Assembly (NCBI GenBank): GCA_963664305.2
Contig: CAXXLV010000001.1
Span: forward strand, 384,001-448,000
Direction: 5' to 3'
DNA length: 64,000 nt
Source of the DNA: an uncultured Aliarcobacter sp.
GTDB taxonomy: Bacteria; Campylobacterota; Campylobacteria; Campylobacterales; Arcobacteraceae
Shown here: piece after piece, positions 1-9,748 of the stretch
How the letters are laid out: every line of letters begins with the position of its first letter
Position numbering within the stretch: position 1 is the first letter of the stretch
Notes under the pieces: generated by a model
What the model was told of the DNA's origin: nothing
The model's input: the letters and a program-made list of their open reading frames with translations, nothing else
The model's database searches: none
Made by a program: the position numbers and the translations under genes

Positions 1-541
1 TCCAAGTAATAGGTTTTTTAAATAGAGGTATTAAAACTCTAGCTCCAAAACCAAGCAATGTAAACCAAAATGCAGAGGCACTAACAGCACCTATTAGAAA
101 ATAGATTTTTAAACTATCTTCAATATTTGCACCAATTCCACCAATCAATAAAACCGTGTCAAGATAAGTGTGTGGATTTAAATAAGTAAAAATCAAAACC
201 ATCGAAATAACTTTTTTCAATGGATTTGTTTTTATTTCATCATCAATTTTCATACTCTCATTTTTTAAAGCACTTTTAAAAGATAAAATTGCATAAAAAA
301 TTAAAAAAGCTATTCCAAATATTGCAATAGAATTTATAAGTATTTGATTTCCCTTTATAAAAAATCCTAAGCCCATTACACCAAGAAAGATAAGTAAAAA
401 ATCTGATAAGATACAAATGATAATAGCTGGTAAAACATATTGTCTTAAAAGCCCCAGTTTTAAGATATAAGCATTTTGAGCTCCTATTGCTACTATCAAA
501 GAAATAGTTACAACAAAACCTTTAAGAAAAATTTCAAGCAT
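1..541 (-). CDS. LysE/ArgO family amino acid exporter (3' end runs off the window)
   Basis: Not in the ORF track. Manual translation from ATG at 541 gives MLEIFLKGFVVTISLIVAIGAQNAYILKLGL...LNPHTYLDTVLLIGGIG, with the ArgO/LysE motifs IGAQNA and NPHxYLDT. Confidence 0.9.
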   Translation of the reverse strand, partial: MLEIFLKGFVVTISLIVAIGAQNAYILKLGLLRQYVLPAIIICILSDFLLIFLGVMGLGFFIKGNQILINSIAIFGIAFLIFYAILSFKSALKNESMKIDDEIKTNPLKKVISMVLIFTYLNPHTYLDTVLLIGGIGANIEDSLKIYFLIGAVSASAFWFTLLGFGARVLIPLFKKPITW

Positions 542-1172
542 TTAAATAGACTTTACTTAAATTAACTATTCCACTAACGATAAATTGAACTGCTATTGCT
601 CCAACAATTAGTCCCATTAGTTTTGTAATGATATTTTGACCTGTTTGTCCAAAATATTTTTTTATATAAATTGAGTTTTTTAATATCAGATAGAACAATA
701 AAGCATTTATACAAAAAGCCATTGAAATAGAAAATAAATCAAAAGCAGTTTGAGCTTGATGTTTAAAAATAATAATTGTTGTAAATAATCCTGTTCCAAA
801 TGCAATTGGAATTCCTATAGGAATTACAGCTAACTCTTCATCATTTTTTGTAGTATCTTTTCTATTTTTATTTTCTGTCGCTTTTCCATTTACCATTGAA
901 ATTGCCATTAAAATAAGAATAATTCCACCCATAACTTTTAATGAATTTTCATCAATACTAAAAAGTTTTAAAATCAAATCACCAGTTATTAAAACTATAA
1001 AAAAAGCTACTAAAATAGTAATCGTAGATTTATATGCGATTGTTGAGATTTGAGTTTTTGTGATGTTTGTATCTAAAATTGACAAAGCAATCGCACTTAT
1101 TCCAATTGGGTCTAAAATTGCAAAAAATGTGATTGTTTGTTGTAAGAAAGTTGCTAAGGCTAAGCTATCCAT
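534..1172 (-). CDS. MarC family inner membrane protein
   Basis: FAILDPIG, 'PIGIPIAFGTG' and 'ITKLMGLIVGAIAVQFIVSGI' are MarC-like motifs; multiple TM segments. Confidence 0.9.
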   Translation of the reverse strand: MDSLALATFLQQTITFFAILDPIGISAIALSILDTNITKTQISTIAYKSTITILVAFFIVLITGDLILKLFSIDENSLKVMGGIILILMAISMVNGKATENKNRKDTTKNDEELAVIPIGIPIAFGTGLFTTIIIFKHQAQTAFDLFSISMAFCINALLFYLILKNSIYIKKYFGQTGQNIITKLMGLIVGAIAVQFIVSGIVNLSKVYLNA

Positions 1173-2144
1173 TTAGCTTAACCCACCTTTTAATGCCATT
1201 CGTTTTTCTAATCTATGACCAATAAAACTTAATATAGAAGTAATTGATAAATAAACTAATGCTATAACTATCCATGTTTCAAATGGAGAGAAAGTATTTG
1301 CAACTATCTCTTTTCCAACTTTTGTTAAATCTGTAATTGAAATAACAGAAACTAAAGAAGAATCTTTTACTAAAGATATCATCTCTCCAACAAGTGTTGG
1401 TAAAGCTCTTTTAAAAGCTTGAGGTAAAATGATATATCTCATAGCTTGATAATTTGAAATACCTAAAGATTTTGCAGCTTCTAATTGTCCTTTATCTATT
1501 GATTGGATAGCTCCTCTTAAAATTTCAGCCATGTAAGCTCCAAAGAAAATTCCAAGAGCTAAAACCCCAGCTACAAATCTGTCAAGTTCAAAAATATTTG
1601 CAACTATAAAATAGAATAAAAATATCTGAACTAAAAGTGGAGTTCCTCTAACAATCGTAATATAAACACTTGCAATATCTTTTAGAAATTGGAAAGAAGA
1701 CAACTTCATAAAAGCTACAATAGTTCCCAATACAAAAGTTAAAATTGCAGCAAAAAATGAGATTTTTAAAGTAACCCAAAGTCCTGTTAAAACAGGTCCT
1801 ATTTTAGTTGTAGTTTTAGATGCGATATTATCGCCTTCATAAATATCTTCTCCAACTTTATATGAAATTTTAAAACTATCATCCATATTTAATTTTATTT
1901 GTTCATCATCTTTTGACTTCACATAATAAACATTATCTATTTTTTCTAAAACTCCATTTGCAGGTGCTTCAACATATTTTGTTTCATCATACATAAAATA
2001 GTTTGGAATGGTATTCCATTTCCAAACATAGTTCATATTTGCAGCTGCTAAATATAATAGATATCCAATAACAACATAAAAAAGTAGAGCAATAAAATGC
2101 CCTAAAGTCTTATTTTGTGCTAATAATTGTTTTCTTTTACCCAT
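1173..2144 (-). CDS. Polar amino acid ABC transporter permease (HisQ/GlnP family) with an extra periplasmic insertion
   Basis: RGTPLLVQ and EAA loop (GQLEAAKSLG); adjacent to the binding-protein and ATPase genes. Confidence 0.95.
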   Translation of the reverse strand: MGKRKQLLAQNKTLGHFIALLFYVVIGYLLYLAAANMNYVWKWNTIPNYFMYDETKYVEAPANGVLEKIDNVYYVKSKDDEQIKLNMDDSFKISYKVGEDIYEGDNIASKTTTKIGPVLTGLWVTLKISFFAAILTFVLGTIVAFMKLSSFQFLKDIASVYITIVRGTPLLVQIFLFYFIVANIFELDRFVAGVLALGIFFGAYMAEILRGAIQSIDKGQLEAAKSLGISNYQAMRYIILPQAFKRALPTLVGEMISLVKDSSLVSVISITDLTKVGKEIVANTFSPFETWIVIALVYLSITSILSFIGHRLEKRMALKGGLS

Positions 2145-2147
2145 AAA

Positions 2148-2963
2148 TTATTGAACTCTTTTTAACCAGTCAGTATCAACTAACCATTTTTGATATAACT
2201 CATCTGAGAAACCAATAACTTTATCCTCTTTCATTTGTCTTAAGAAATTATTTAACCAATTTATAAAATCTGGGTCACCTTTTCTAACAGCAAAACCTAA
2301 TGGTTCATAAGTTAAAGGAGTATCTAAATGAATTAATTTATCTTTACCTTTATCACTCATAAATAAAACATTATAAGGTTGGTCATATACCATTGCAGCA
2401 GCTTTTCCATTTAATACTTCAGCAGCAGCATCTACTTCTGTTTCAAAAGTTACAATTTTTGCATGTTTAAAGAATTTTTTAGTAGCAATTTCACCTGTAA
2501 CTCCAAGTTTTGTAACAATTGTATATTCAGGTTTATCTAAATCTTTTGCAGTTTTAACTTTACCTTCTAAATCTTTACTCATCATTACAGTTTGTCCAAC
2601 TACAATATATGGGTCAGAAAAATTAACAGTTAGATTTCTTTGTTGAGTTATTGTCATACCTGACATGATAATATCACATTTTTCAGTTATAAGTGCAGCA
2701 ATAATTCCATCCCACGCAGTTGGAATAAGTTTTAGTTTAACACCCATATCTTTCGACATTTGTCTTGCAATATCAATATCATAACCAATAATATTTCCCT
2801 TTTTATCAGTCATCTCAAAAGGCATATAACCAGGTTCAGTACATACTTGAAGTTCACCCCTTTGAACAATTTTATTCAATGTTGAATTTTGCCATAGATT
2901 AATATCTGATGCAAAACTATTTACAGTTGCTAATGCCACAAGTCCTAAGATAAATTTTTTCAT
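2148..2963 (-). CDS. Polar amino acid ABC transporter substrate-binding protein (SBP family 3)
   Basis: Signal peptide; GYDIDIA and 'DIIMSGMTITQQR...FSDPY' motifs. Confidence 0.95.
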   Translation of the reverse strand: MKKFILGLVALATVNSFASDINLWQNSTLNKIVQRGELQVCTEPGYMPFEMTDKKGNIIGYDIDIARQMSKDMGVKLKLIPTAWDGIIAALITEKCDIIMSGMTITQQRNLTVNFSDPYIVVGQTVMMSKDLEGKVKTAKDLDKPEYTIVTKLGVTGEIATKKFFKHAKIVTFETEVDAAAEVLNGKAAAMVYDQPYNVLFMSDKGKDKLIHLDTPLTYEPLGFAVRKGDPDFINWLNNFLRQMKEDKVIGFSDELYQKWLVDTDWLKRVQ

Positions 2964-2989
2964 ACTATTTCTCCTTGTTTAGTTTTAAT

Positions 2990-3730
2990 TTAATGAGTTA
3001 AAATTTCATTTAAAAATTTTTTTGCTCTATCACTTTTTGGATTGTTAAAAAACTCTTCTGGTGTACTTTGTTCAATAATTACACCATGGTCCATAAATAC
3101 TATTCTATCTCCTACTTCTTTTGCAAAACCCATTTCATGAGTTACACAAACAATTGTAAAATTCTCTCGTGCTAAATCTTTCATTACAGATAAAACATCT
3201 CCAATTGTTTCTGGATCTAAAGCACTTGTTGGTTCATCAAATAAAATTATCTTTGGTTTCATTGCTAAACTTCTAGCAATTGCAACCCTCTGTTTTTGTC
3301 CACCACTTAAATCGCTTGGATATGAATTTGCTTTATGTTCAAGTTTAACTTTTTTAAGCAATTCAATAGCAACTTCAGCAGCTTCACTTTTTTTTGTCTT
3401 TTTCACCAACGTGGGAGCTAGAATAATATTTTCTAAAATAGTTAAATGTGGAAACAAATTAAAATGTTGAAAAACCATTCCTACTTCGCTTCTAATCATT
3501 TGAAGATTTTTTTTACTTCCATGAATATCTATATTATCTACGATAATAGTTCCATCATCAATATCTTCTAAACCATTAATACATCGAATTAGTGTTGATT
3601 TCCCAGAACCACTTGGTCCACAAATCACAACAATTTCACCCTTTTGTACACTAAAATCAATATTTTTTAACACATGAAATTTGTCGTAAAATTTATTGAT
3701 TTTTGACATTGAGATTATATTTTCAATCAT
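2990..3730 (-). CDS. Polar amino acid ABC transporter ATP-binding protein (GlnQ-like)
   Basis: Walker A GPSGSGKS, signature [18 protein letters not shown]. Confidence 0.97.
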   Translation of the reverse strand: MIENIISMSKINKFYDKFHVLKNIDFSVQKGEIVVICGPSGSGKSTLIRCINGLEDIDDGTIIVDNIDIHGSKKNLQMIRSEVGMVFQHFNLFPHLTILENIILAPTLVKKTKKSEAAEVAIELLKKVKLEHKANSYPSDLSGGQKQRVAIARSLAMKPKIILFDEPTSALDPETIGDVLSVMKDLARENFTIVCVTHEMGFAKEVGDRIVFMDHGVIIEQSTPEEFFNNPKSDRAKKFLNEILTH

Positions 3731-3877
3731 TAAACCTCTCTTTTAATTTTACTAAAGAGTAATAATACTAAACTTATCATTAAATGCAAACATCATTTAT
3801 ATATAATAATTATACAATTTATATATAATTTAATCTAAGAAAGTTTATAATCCACTTTTTTATTTGGGAGATATTAG

Positions 3878-4768
3878 ATGCAATTATCAAAAACAAAAGA
3901 ATTAAAAGCTGATTTATTATTATTGTCAGTTGCTATTGCTTGGGGTGTAACCTTTTTAATGGTTCAAGATGCTATTAATACAACACCTGTTTATTCATTT
4001 TTATTTTTTAGATTTACTTTAGCCTCAATTATAATGTTTATTATCTCTTATAAATTTCTAAAATATACTAACTTAAAAACTATGTTTTATGGAATAGTTT
4101 TAGGTATTTTTTTATTTAGTGCCTTTGCAACTCAAACTTTTGGATTAATTTATACACCAAGTTCTATCGTTGCATTTATTACAGGATTAAATGTAATTTT
4201 TGTACCATTTTTAACTTATCTATTTTTTAAAGATAAAATTAAAATCAACGTACTTATTGCAACTTTTGTTGCTGTAATTGGACTTTATTTATTAACTATG
4301 TCAGGAACATTAACTTTTGAAAAAGGTGAATTTTTAACTCTAATTTGTGCTGTTTTATTTGCACTTCAAATTATCTTTACAGGAAAATTCTCAAAAGAGG
4401 TAAATGTATTTTTATTAGTTTTATTCCAACTAATCACTGTTTCTATTTTGTCTTTAATTTTTTCATTATCACTTGATAAAGTAACATTTGATATTCCTTA
4501 TGATTTTGCATTTTTTAAAGCTGTAATTATCACTGCAATCTTTGCAACTGTTTATGCTTTTTTAATACAAACTTATATGCAACAATTCACAACAGCAACA
4601 AAAACAGCAATCATTTTTACTATGGAGCCAGTAAGTGCTGCAATTTTTGCGTATTTAACTGCAAATGAAATTTTAACAATCATTCAATTTTGTGGGGCTG
4701 TTTTAATAATTATTGCCACACTAATTGCAGAAATAAAATTTAACAACAAAACTAAACATAACGTATAG
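3878..4768 (+). CDS. DMT/EamA family transporter
   Basis: About ten TM segments in two EamA repeats; 'WGVTF' and 'MEPVSAAIF'. Confidence 0.92.
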   Translation: MQLSKTKELKADLLLLSVAIAWGVTFLMVQDAINTTPVYSFLFFRFTLASIIMFIISYKFLKYTNLKTMFYGIVLGIFLFSAFATQTFGLIYTPSSIVAFITGLNVIFVPFLTYLFFKDKIKINVLIATFVAVIGLYLLTMSGTLTFEKGEFLTLICAVLFALQIIFTGKFSKEVNVFLLVLFQLITVSILSLIFSLSLDKVTFDIPYDFAFFKAVIITAIFATVYAFLIQTYMQQFTTATKTAIIFTMEPVSAAIFAYLTANEILTIIQFCGAVLIIIATLIAEIKFNNKTKHNV

Positions 4769-5630
4769 GTAAATAATAGTCTAAAATAAACTCTTCATCG
4801 CTACTTAAAAAATGATTTTTATGATAAATAGTGTATGAAGGGCTTGGCGTTGTTTCATATCCACTTTCTATTAACCATGTATGATAAACCCATTGAATTA
4901 ATTTTATAACATCACCATACTTTCCAGTTAATGAAAATTTTGCATAAATACCTTTTGGAATTATCAAAGTAGGAAGTGATAAATCTTTTAGTTGTTCTTC
5001 TTCATTTTCTAAAACTACTATTGCAATATATTGACACTCTTCAAGTGGAGTAATAATTGGATTATCATGATGTAAAGCCATTTGTTTATACTCTTTAATA
5101 TCATTTGTATAAATCCATGTTTGAAGTTTTTGCCATGTTTTTTTAATACTTCTATCATAACCTTTATGTCTTATATAATAACCTTTTATTTCAGGCATTT
5201 TTACAATAGTTTGTTCTATCTTTGAAAAATCTATTGTTTCATTGTTTGTAGATATTTTTTCAACAATTTTATTTGAATACTCTTTATAACCACCATTTTT
5301 CCACATCTTTGGAGTCATTAAAAATCTCTCTTTAAATGCTCGTAAAAATGAAGTTTGAGAACTATATCCTGTCATTTTTGATATATCTGTAATAGTTGAA
5401 TATTTATTTGTTATTAGTAAATTTGCAGCTTTTTCAAGTCTTATTGATTTTATACTTTCATAAATATTTTTTCCAAATTCCTCTTTAAATATTCTATGAA
5501 GATGGAATTTACTTATATCAAGTTCCAAACTTAGTTCATCAATATTTATATTTGTTTCTATATATTTATATATATAATTCATCACATCATTTGCGATTCT
5601 TGCTCGTTTTTCATAAGTTGATTTTTTCAT
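4752..5630 (-). CDS. AraC family transcriptional regulator with C-terminal GyrI-like effector domain
   Basis: AraC HTH motifs (SKFHLHRIFK, GYSSQTSFLRAFK) plus a GyrI-like C-terminus. Start moved to the MKKSTYEK ATG at 5630; the track's 5669 start adds an implausible hydrophobic extension. Confidence 0.9.
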   Translation of the reverse strand: MKKSTYEKRARIANDVMNYIYKYIETNINIDELSLELDISKFHLHRIFKEEFGKNIYESIKSIRLEKAANLLITNKYSTITDISKMTGYSSQTSFLRAFKERFLMTPKMWKNGGYKEYSNKIVEKISTNNETIDFSKIEQTIVKMPEIKGYYIRHKGYDRSIKKTWQKLQTWIYTNDIKEYKQMALHHDNPIITPLEECQYIAIVVLENEEEQLKDLSLPTLIIPKGIYAKFSLTGKYGDVIKLIQWVYHTWLIESGYETTPSPSYTIYHKNHFLSSDEEFILDYYLPIRYV

Positions 5631-5754
5631 AAAAACAATTATAACAATAAATGTATATAAAAATAGCAAAAATAGATAATAATAAAAGCATTTTATGTAA
5701 AGAATAAAAGAGAAAATTGCTGTATTCTTTCAAAAAAAATTTAAAAGGATATAT

Positions 5755-6861
5755 ATGAAAAGATCATTTATTAGAGAAATCCTTGAAGCAATCGATGAAG
5801 AGACTATTTCCTTTGCAGGTGGACTTCCAAGTGAAAAACTATTTCCAGCTGAAGATATAAAAATAGCAACATTAAAAGCTATGGAAAATCCAAAAATATA
5901 CCAATATGGAATTAGTAATGGAATTAATGAATTAAGAACTCAAATTGCAGCTCGTTATACAAAAGAGGGATTTCCTACAACTAAAGATAATATTTTAATT
6001 ACAACAGGAAGCCAACAAGCTATGTATATTCTTGCTAAATATTTTGAAGGTAAAGATATTACTATAGAAGAACCTTCATATTTAGGAGCAATGAATATAT
6101 TTAGACTAAATCACTTAAATATGCAAGGTGTAAAACTTGAAAATGATGGAGTTAACGTAGAAGCATTTGAGAATAGCTTTAAAAATACAAAATTAACTTA
6201 TCTAATTCCAGATTTTCAAAATCCATCTGCAACAACTTATAGTGAAGAAAAAAGAGAAAAAATTGCAGATATTATAAAAAAATATGATGGAATTTTAATA
6301 GAAGATTCTCCTTATGGTGAACTTTTCTTTGATAAAAAAAATGTATCTATGAGTTCAAAACTTCCTAAAAACTCTTTCCACTTAGGAAGTTTTTCAAAAA
6401 CTTTAGTTCCAAGTCTTAGAATTGGTTGGATTAGAGCTGATGAAGAGTTATTAAAATCATTAATGATTATAAAAGAGAGTATAGATTTACACTCTTGTGG
6501 AATTTCTCAATATATCTTAACTGAATATTTAAAAGATGAAGAAAAATATGAAAAACATCTTCAAGATATTAGAGATGATTATGAGAAAAAAGCAAACTTC
6601 TTTTCAGAACAATTAAATCTAATTATGCCTGAGTTCAAACATGAAAAACCAAGAGGTGGAATGTTCTTATATGGAACTTTTGGAGATGGAATTGATACAT
6701 TTGCACTTGTTCAAGAATGTTTAAAAAAGAAAGTTGTTTTTGTTCCAGGAAATCAATTTTATATTGATAAAATTCCAAATGGAGAGATAAGATTTAACTA
6801 CACTCATTCTAATTTTGAACAAATTGAAAAAGGTATTAAACTTATTAAAAGTTGTCTATAA
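5755..6861 (+). CDS. PLP-dependent class I/II aminotransferase (LysN/2-aminoadipate transaminase-like)
   Basis: ISFAGGLP, ITTGSQQA, FQNP, EDSPY and GSFSKTLVPSLRIGW (PLP lysine); no N-terminal HTH. Confidence 0.92.
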   Translation: MKRSFIREILEAIDEETISFAGGLPSEKLFPAEDIKIATLKAMENPKIYQYGISNGINELRTQIAARYTKEGFPTTKDNILITTGSQQAMYILAKYFEGKDITIEEPSYLGAMNIFRLNHLNMQGVKLENDGVNVEAFENSFKNTKLTYLIPDFQNPSATTYSEEKREKIADIIKKYDGILIEDSPYGELFFDKKNVSMSSKLPKNSFHLGSFSKTLVPSLRIGWIRADEELLKSLMIIKESIDLHSCGISQYILTEYLKDEEKYEKHLQDIRDDYEKKANFFSEQLNLIMPEFKHEKPRGGMFLYGTFGDGIDTFALVQECLKKKVVFVPGNQFYIDKIPNGEIRFNYTHSNFEQIEKGIKLIKSCL

Positions 6862-6883
6862 AAAAGGCTCTAAAGCCTTTTTT
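6860..6883. terminator. Bidirectional intrinsic terminator
   Basis: AAAAAAGGCT-ctaa-AGCCTTTTTT between convergent genes. Confidence 0.85.
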
Positions 6884-6884
6884 A

Positions 6885-8042
6885 TTAGAATTTATAAGAA
6901 ACATAAAGTCTTGATCTATAACTCTCTTCAGCCAATTTATCATAAGTAGCAACTACTAAAGTTGTAGATAAATTTTTATTAAAACTATATTTAGTTACAA
7001 AATCTGTTTCAGATGCTCTTTTTTCATCACCTGTTTTCCATGCATAATATTGTACGTCAAATGATAAATCATCTAATATCTTATATCCAGCAGCTAATTT
7101 ATAAGCATCAGTATCTGCTGTATAAACTCCACCATAAATCCATGAAGCAGTATATAAATAATCAGCTCCATTTCCAATTCCAGGATAGATATCACCACTT
7201 TCATCAATATTTGTATATGCAGTACCTAAAGATAATTTTCCTAAATTAACATCTAAATTAATTCCGTATTCTTTACCTCTTGAATTTGTATCTTCACCGT
7301 TATCTGTTTGATATGATTGAAGTCCAATTGTGAATGGTTTAATATCATATGCTGTAGCGATATAAAATGCTTTTGTATCATCAGTAGAATCATTACTATT
7401 TAACTGTAAATATTGAGTATCTACATTTAAATTTTCAATTGATTTATTATTCACATATAAAGTATAAGCTCCATCTTCAATTTGTTCGAAATCAGAAACT
7501 TTTTTTACTTCATTTCCACCTGATGCAATATTTGTTCTATATTGTTCTTTATCAACATATGCAGCTAAAATTGTTGTATTTGGTAAATCACTATTTGTTA
7601 CAACAACTCCTTCAAATGCCTCTTTAAATATTCTAGAACCAGAACCTTCTAATAATGGAGTTGAAATATATTGTCTTCCAACTTTTACACTTGAATTATC
7701 AATTGTATATTGAATATAAGCTTGTGATAATACAGCTCCCGAAACATTTTGGTCTTTATTATATGCAGTTGTTGCATTATCTAAATCATCAGCAGTTACA
7801 GTTGAAGCTTGAACTGTAACACCTGCATTAAATCCATAAAAATCTCCAGTTACATATGATAAATTCCCACCATTAGTCCAAATACTAACTTTTTTGTCAG
7901 ATACTTCTTTTTGAAAATATTGAGATTTGATTTCACCACTTACTTTTCCCTCTTCAAATGCCTTTGCAAGAGTATCAGCACTAAATGCTTGTGTAGATAA
8001 AATTAAACTTGTAACTATTCCTAATTTTGTTATTTTTCTCAT
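6885..8042 (-). CDS. OprD-family outer membrane porin (Campylobacterota type)
   Basis: Signal peptide, 'LAKAFEEGKVSGEIK', 'KVGRQYISTPL', C-terminal beta-strand RLYVSYKF ending in Phe. Confidence 0.88.
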   Translation of the reverse strand: MRKITKLGIVTSLILSTQAFSADTLAKAFEEGKVSGEIKSQYFQKEVSDKKVSIWTNGGNLSYVTGDFYGFNAGVTVQASTVTADDLDNATTAYNKDQNVSGAVLSQAYIQYTIDNSSVKVGRQYISTPLLEGSGSRIFKEAFEGVVVTNSDLPNTTILAAYVDKEQYRTNIASGGNEVKKVSDFEQIEDGAYTLYVNNKSIENLNVDTQYLQLNSNDSTDDTKAFYIATAYDIKPFTIGLQSYQTDNGEDTNSRGKEYGINLDVNLGKLSLGTAYTNIDESGDIYPGIGNGADYLYTASWIYGGVYTADTDAYKLAAGYKILDDLSFDVQYYAWKTGDEKRASETDFVTKYSFNKNLSTTLVVATYDKLAEESYRSRLYVSYKF

Positions 8043-8130
8043 GTTTTTTCTCCCCTGAATTAATTTTTTTCTAAAGGAAATTTATCATTTTGAAGTGTGT
8101 ATAAAGTAGCTAAAAAGAGTTTACTGAAGG

Positions 8131-8173
8131 AAAAAAAAGATTAATTTTTAGAAATAAATCTAAAATTAATCTT
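8131..8173 (-). terminator. Intrinsic terminator after dedA
   Basis: Long inverted repeat AAGATTAATTTT(T)AGA...TCTAAAATTAATCTT followed by a T-run on the minus strand. Confidence 0.7.
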
Positions 8174-8777
8174 ATATAATTTTTGCTTTTTTTGCTCTTT
8201 TGTAATAAAAAAAGCATAAAATTGAAACTAGAAGTAAAAGTATGATGATAATATAATGTAAATACTCTTTTATCAATCCTTCATTATCTCCTAAGAAATA
8301 ACCTAGCATTGCTAAAATTATAACCCAAATTCCTGCACCTAAACTTGTATATAAACAAAATACAAAAAGGTTCATTTTTGCTAAACCAGCAGGGAAAGAG
8401 ATATATTGTCTAATTACAGGTATTAATCTTCCTGAAAAAGTTGAGATATGACCATGAGCTTTAAAGAATTTTTCCATTTTTACAATAGTTTCTTCTTTAA
8501 CAAAAAAATATTTACCATATTTTATTAAGACTTTTCGCCCTAATTTTATAGCAAGATAATAGTTAAACAAAGCGCCAGCTAAAGAACCTAATATTCCAAA
8601 AAGAATAACTAGATACATATTCATTTCACCCTTGTATGCCAAATAACCTGCTGGTATCATAACAACTTCTGAAGGAAATGGGAAAAAAGAACTTTCTAAA
8701 AACATCATAATAAAAATACCTATATAGCCTAAACTTCCTACAGTTTCAACTATAAAATTGATTATATTAGCTAGCAA
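8172..8777 (-). CDS. DedA family membrane protein
   Basis: [18 protein letters not shown] and [16 protein letters not shown]. Confidence 0.95.
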   Translation of the reverse strand: MLANIINFIVETVGSLGYIGIFIMMFLESSFFPFPSEVVMIPAGYLAYKGEMNMYLVILFGILGSLAGALFNYYLAIKLGRKVLIKYGKYFFVKEETIVKMEKFFKAHGHISTFSGRLIPVIRQYISFPAGLAKMNLFVFCLYTSLGAGIWVIILAMLGYFLGDNEGLIKEYLHYIIIILLLLVSILCFFYYKRAKKAKII

Positions 8778-8786
8778 GAGGTTCCT

Positions 8787-9305
8787 TTAGATTAATTTCT
8801 TCCATTTTGAAATAGAATTATTTATAAGTTCAAAGATTTTTTCATTTGTAGGTTCAGTTTCATCAAAATAGTCAGATACAATTTTTAGAACATAATAATC
8901 TTTGATATTTTCTTTACAAATTTCAGAAAAAAACAAAGCTTGTTTATCCACAAGCAAAGTATCTAAATCTTCATCTGTTTCAAGATTTTTTTCTACAGTA
9001 GTAATATTAGCAAAGTTCAAACCACCAACAAAACGGTTTGTACAAAAAAGTGTTCCTAAAGCAATACTTCCATCACTACAAGAAGCTATACTTAAATCAA
9101 ATGCTTTTGAGATTGAGTAGTTTTTAAAGATATAATCTAATGACTTAACTATTAAATCTTTACTTGTTCCAGATATTATTAGTAAAGTATCATCGTTAGA
9201 ATATATTTTGTTTTCACAAGTAGTTTCTAATTCTTTTAAATTAAAAAAATCGATAATCGGTTTTGCTTCGATTATCGATGTTGTGTGAATTAAGATTTGA
9301 GACAT
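8787..9305 (-). CDS. Nucleoside phosphorylase (PNP/MTAN)-fold protein, motifs degenerate
   Basis: Spacing of 'IEAKPII', 'LIISG', 'ITTVEK', 'LVDKQA' and 'LKIVSD' follows the PNP_UDP_1 fold pattern. Confidence 0.55.
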   Translation of the reverse strand: MSQILIHTTSIIEAKPIIDFFNLKELETTCENKIYSNDDTLLIISGTSKDLIVKSLDYIFKNYSISKAFDLSIASCSDGSIALGTLFCTNRFVGGLNFANITTVEKNLETDEDLDTLLVDKQALFFSEICKENIKDYYVLKIVSDYFDETEPTNEKIFELINNSISKWKKLI

Positions 9306-9335
9306 AAATCAGAACTAAGACTAAGTCTTAATTTA

Positions 9336-9692
9336 CTATTTTTTTAACTCTTTAATTCTTGCAGCTTTACCTTTTAATCCTCTTAAGAAGTGAAGTTTAG
9401 CTCTTCTTACTCTTCCTTTTCTTACAACTTCAAAAGTTTTTAAAGACTCAGAGTATAATGGGAAAATTCTTTCTACACCAATTGAATTTGCACCGATTTT
9501 TCTAACTGTGAAAGTAGCATCAACACCATTTCCACTTCTAGCAATAACAATACCTTCAAAAAGCTGAATTCTTTTTTTCTCACCTTCTTTAATTTCAACA
9601 CCAAGTCTTACAGTATCTCCTGCTTTGAACTGTGGAATTTGTTTTTCTGCAATTTGCGCTGCTTCAAAGCTTGCAATGTATCTATTTTTCAT
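9336..9692 (-). CDS. rplS: 50S ribosomal protein L19
   Basis: PQFKAGDTV...[12 protein letters not shown]...GVERIFP...GRVRRAKL. True start is the ATG at 9692 (MKNRYI) with SD AAAGGG; the track's 9743 start is leader sequence. Confidence 0.98.
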   Translation of the reverse strand: MKNRYIASFEAAQIAEKQIPQFKAGDTVRLGVEIKEGEKKRIQLFEGIVIARSGNGVDATFTVRKIGANSIGVERIFPLYSESLKTFEVVRKGRVRRAKLHFLRGLKGKAARIKELKK

Positions 9693-9748
9693 TGTATTTC
9701 CCTTTGGCGAAAGTGCCCGCATTTGCAACTTGCGGGGTATCACACTTT
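9693..9748 (-). ncRNA. Putative structured cis-regulatory leader of rplS
   Basis: GC-rich hairpin AAAGUG-ugauac-CCCGCA-aguugcaaa-UGCGGG-CACUUU just upstream of the SD. Confidence 0.5.

Noticed and set aside
8085..8112. AAGTG/AAGTA pair 11 bp apart upstream of the OprD-like porin
   Set aside because: Too short to distinguish from chance without comparative data.
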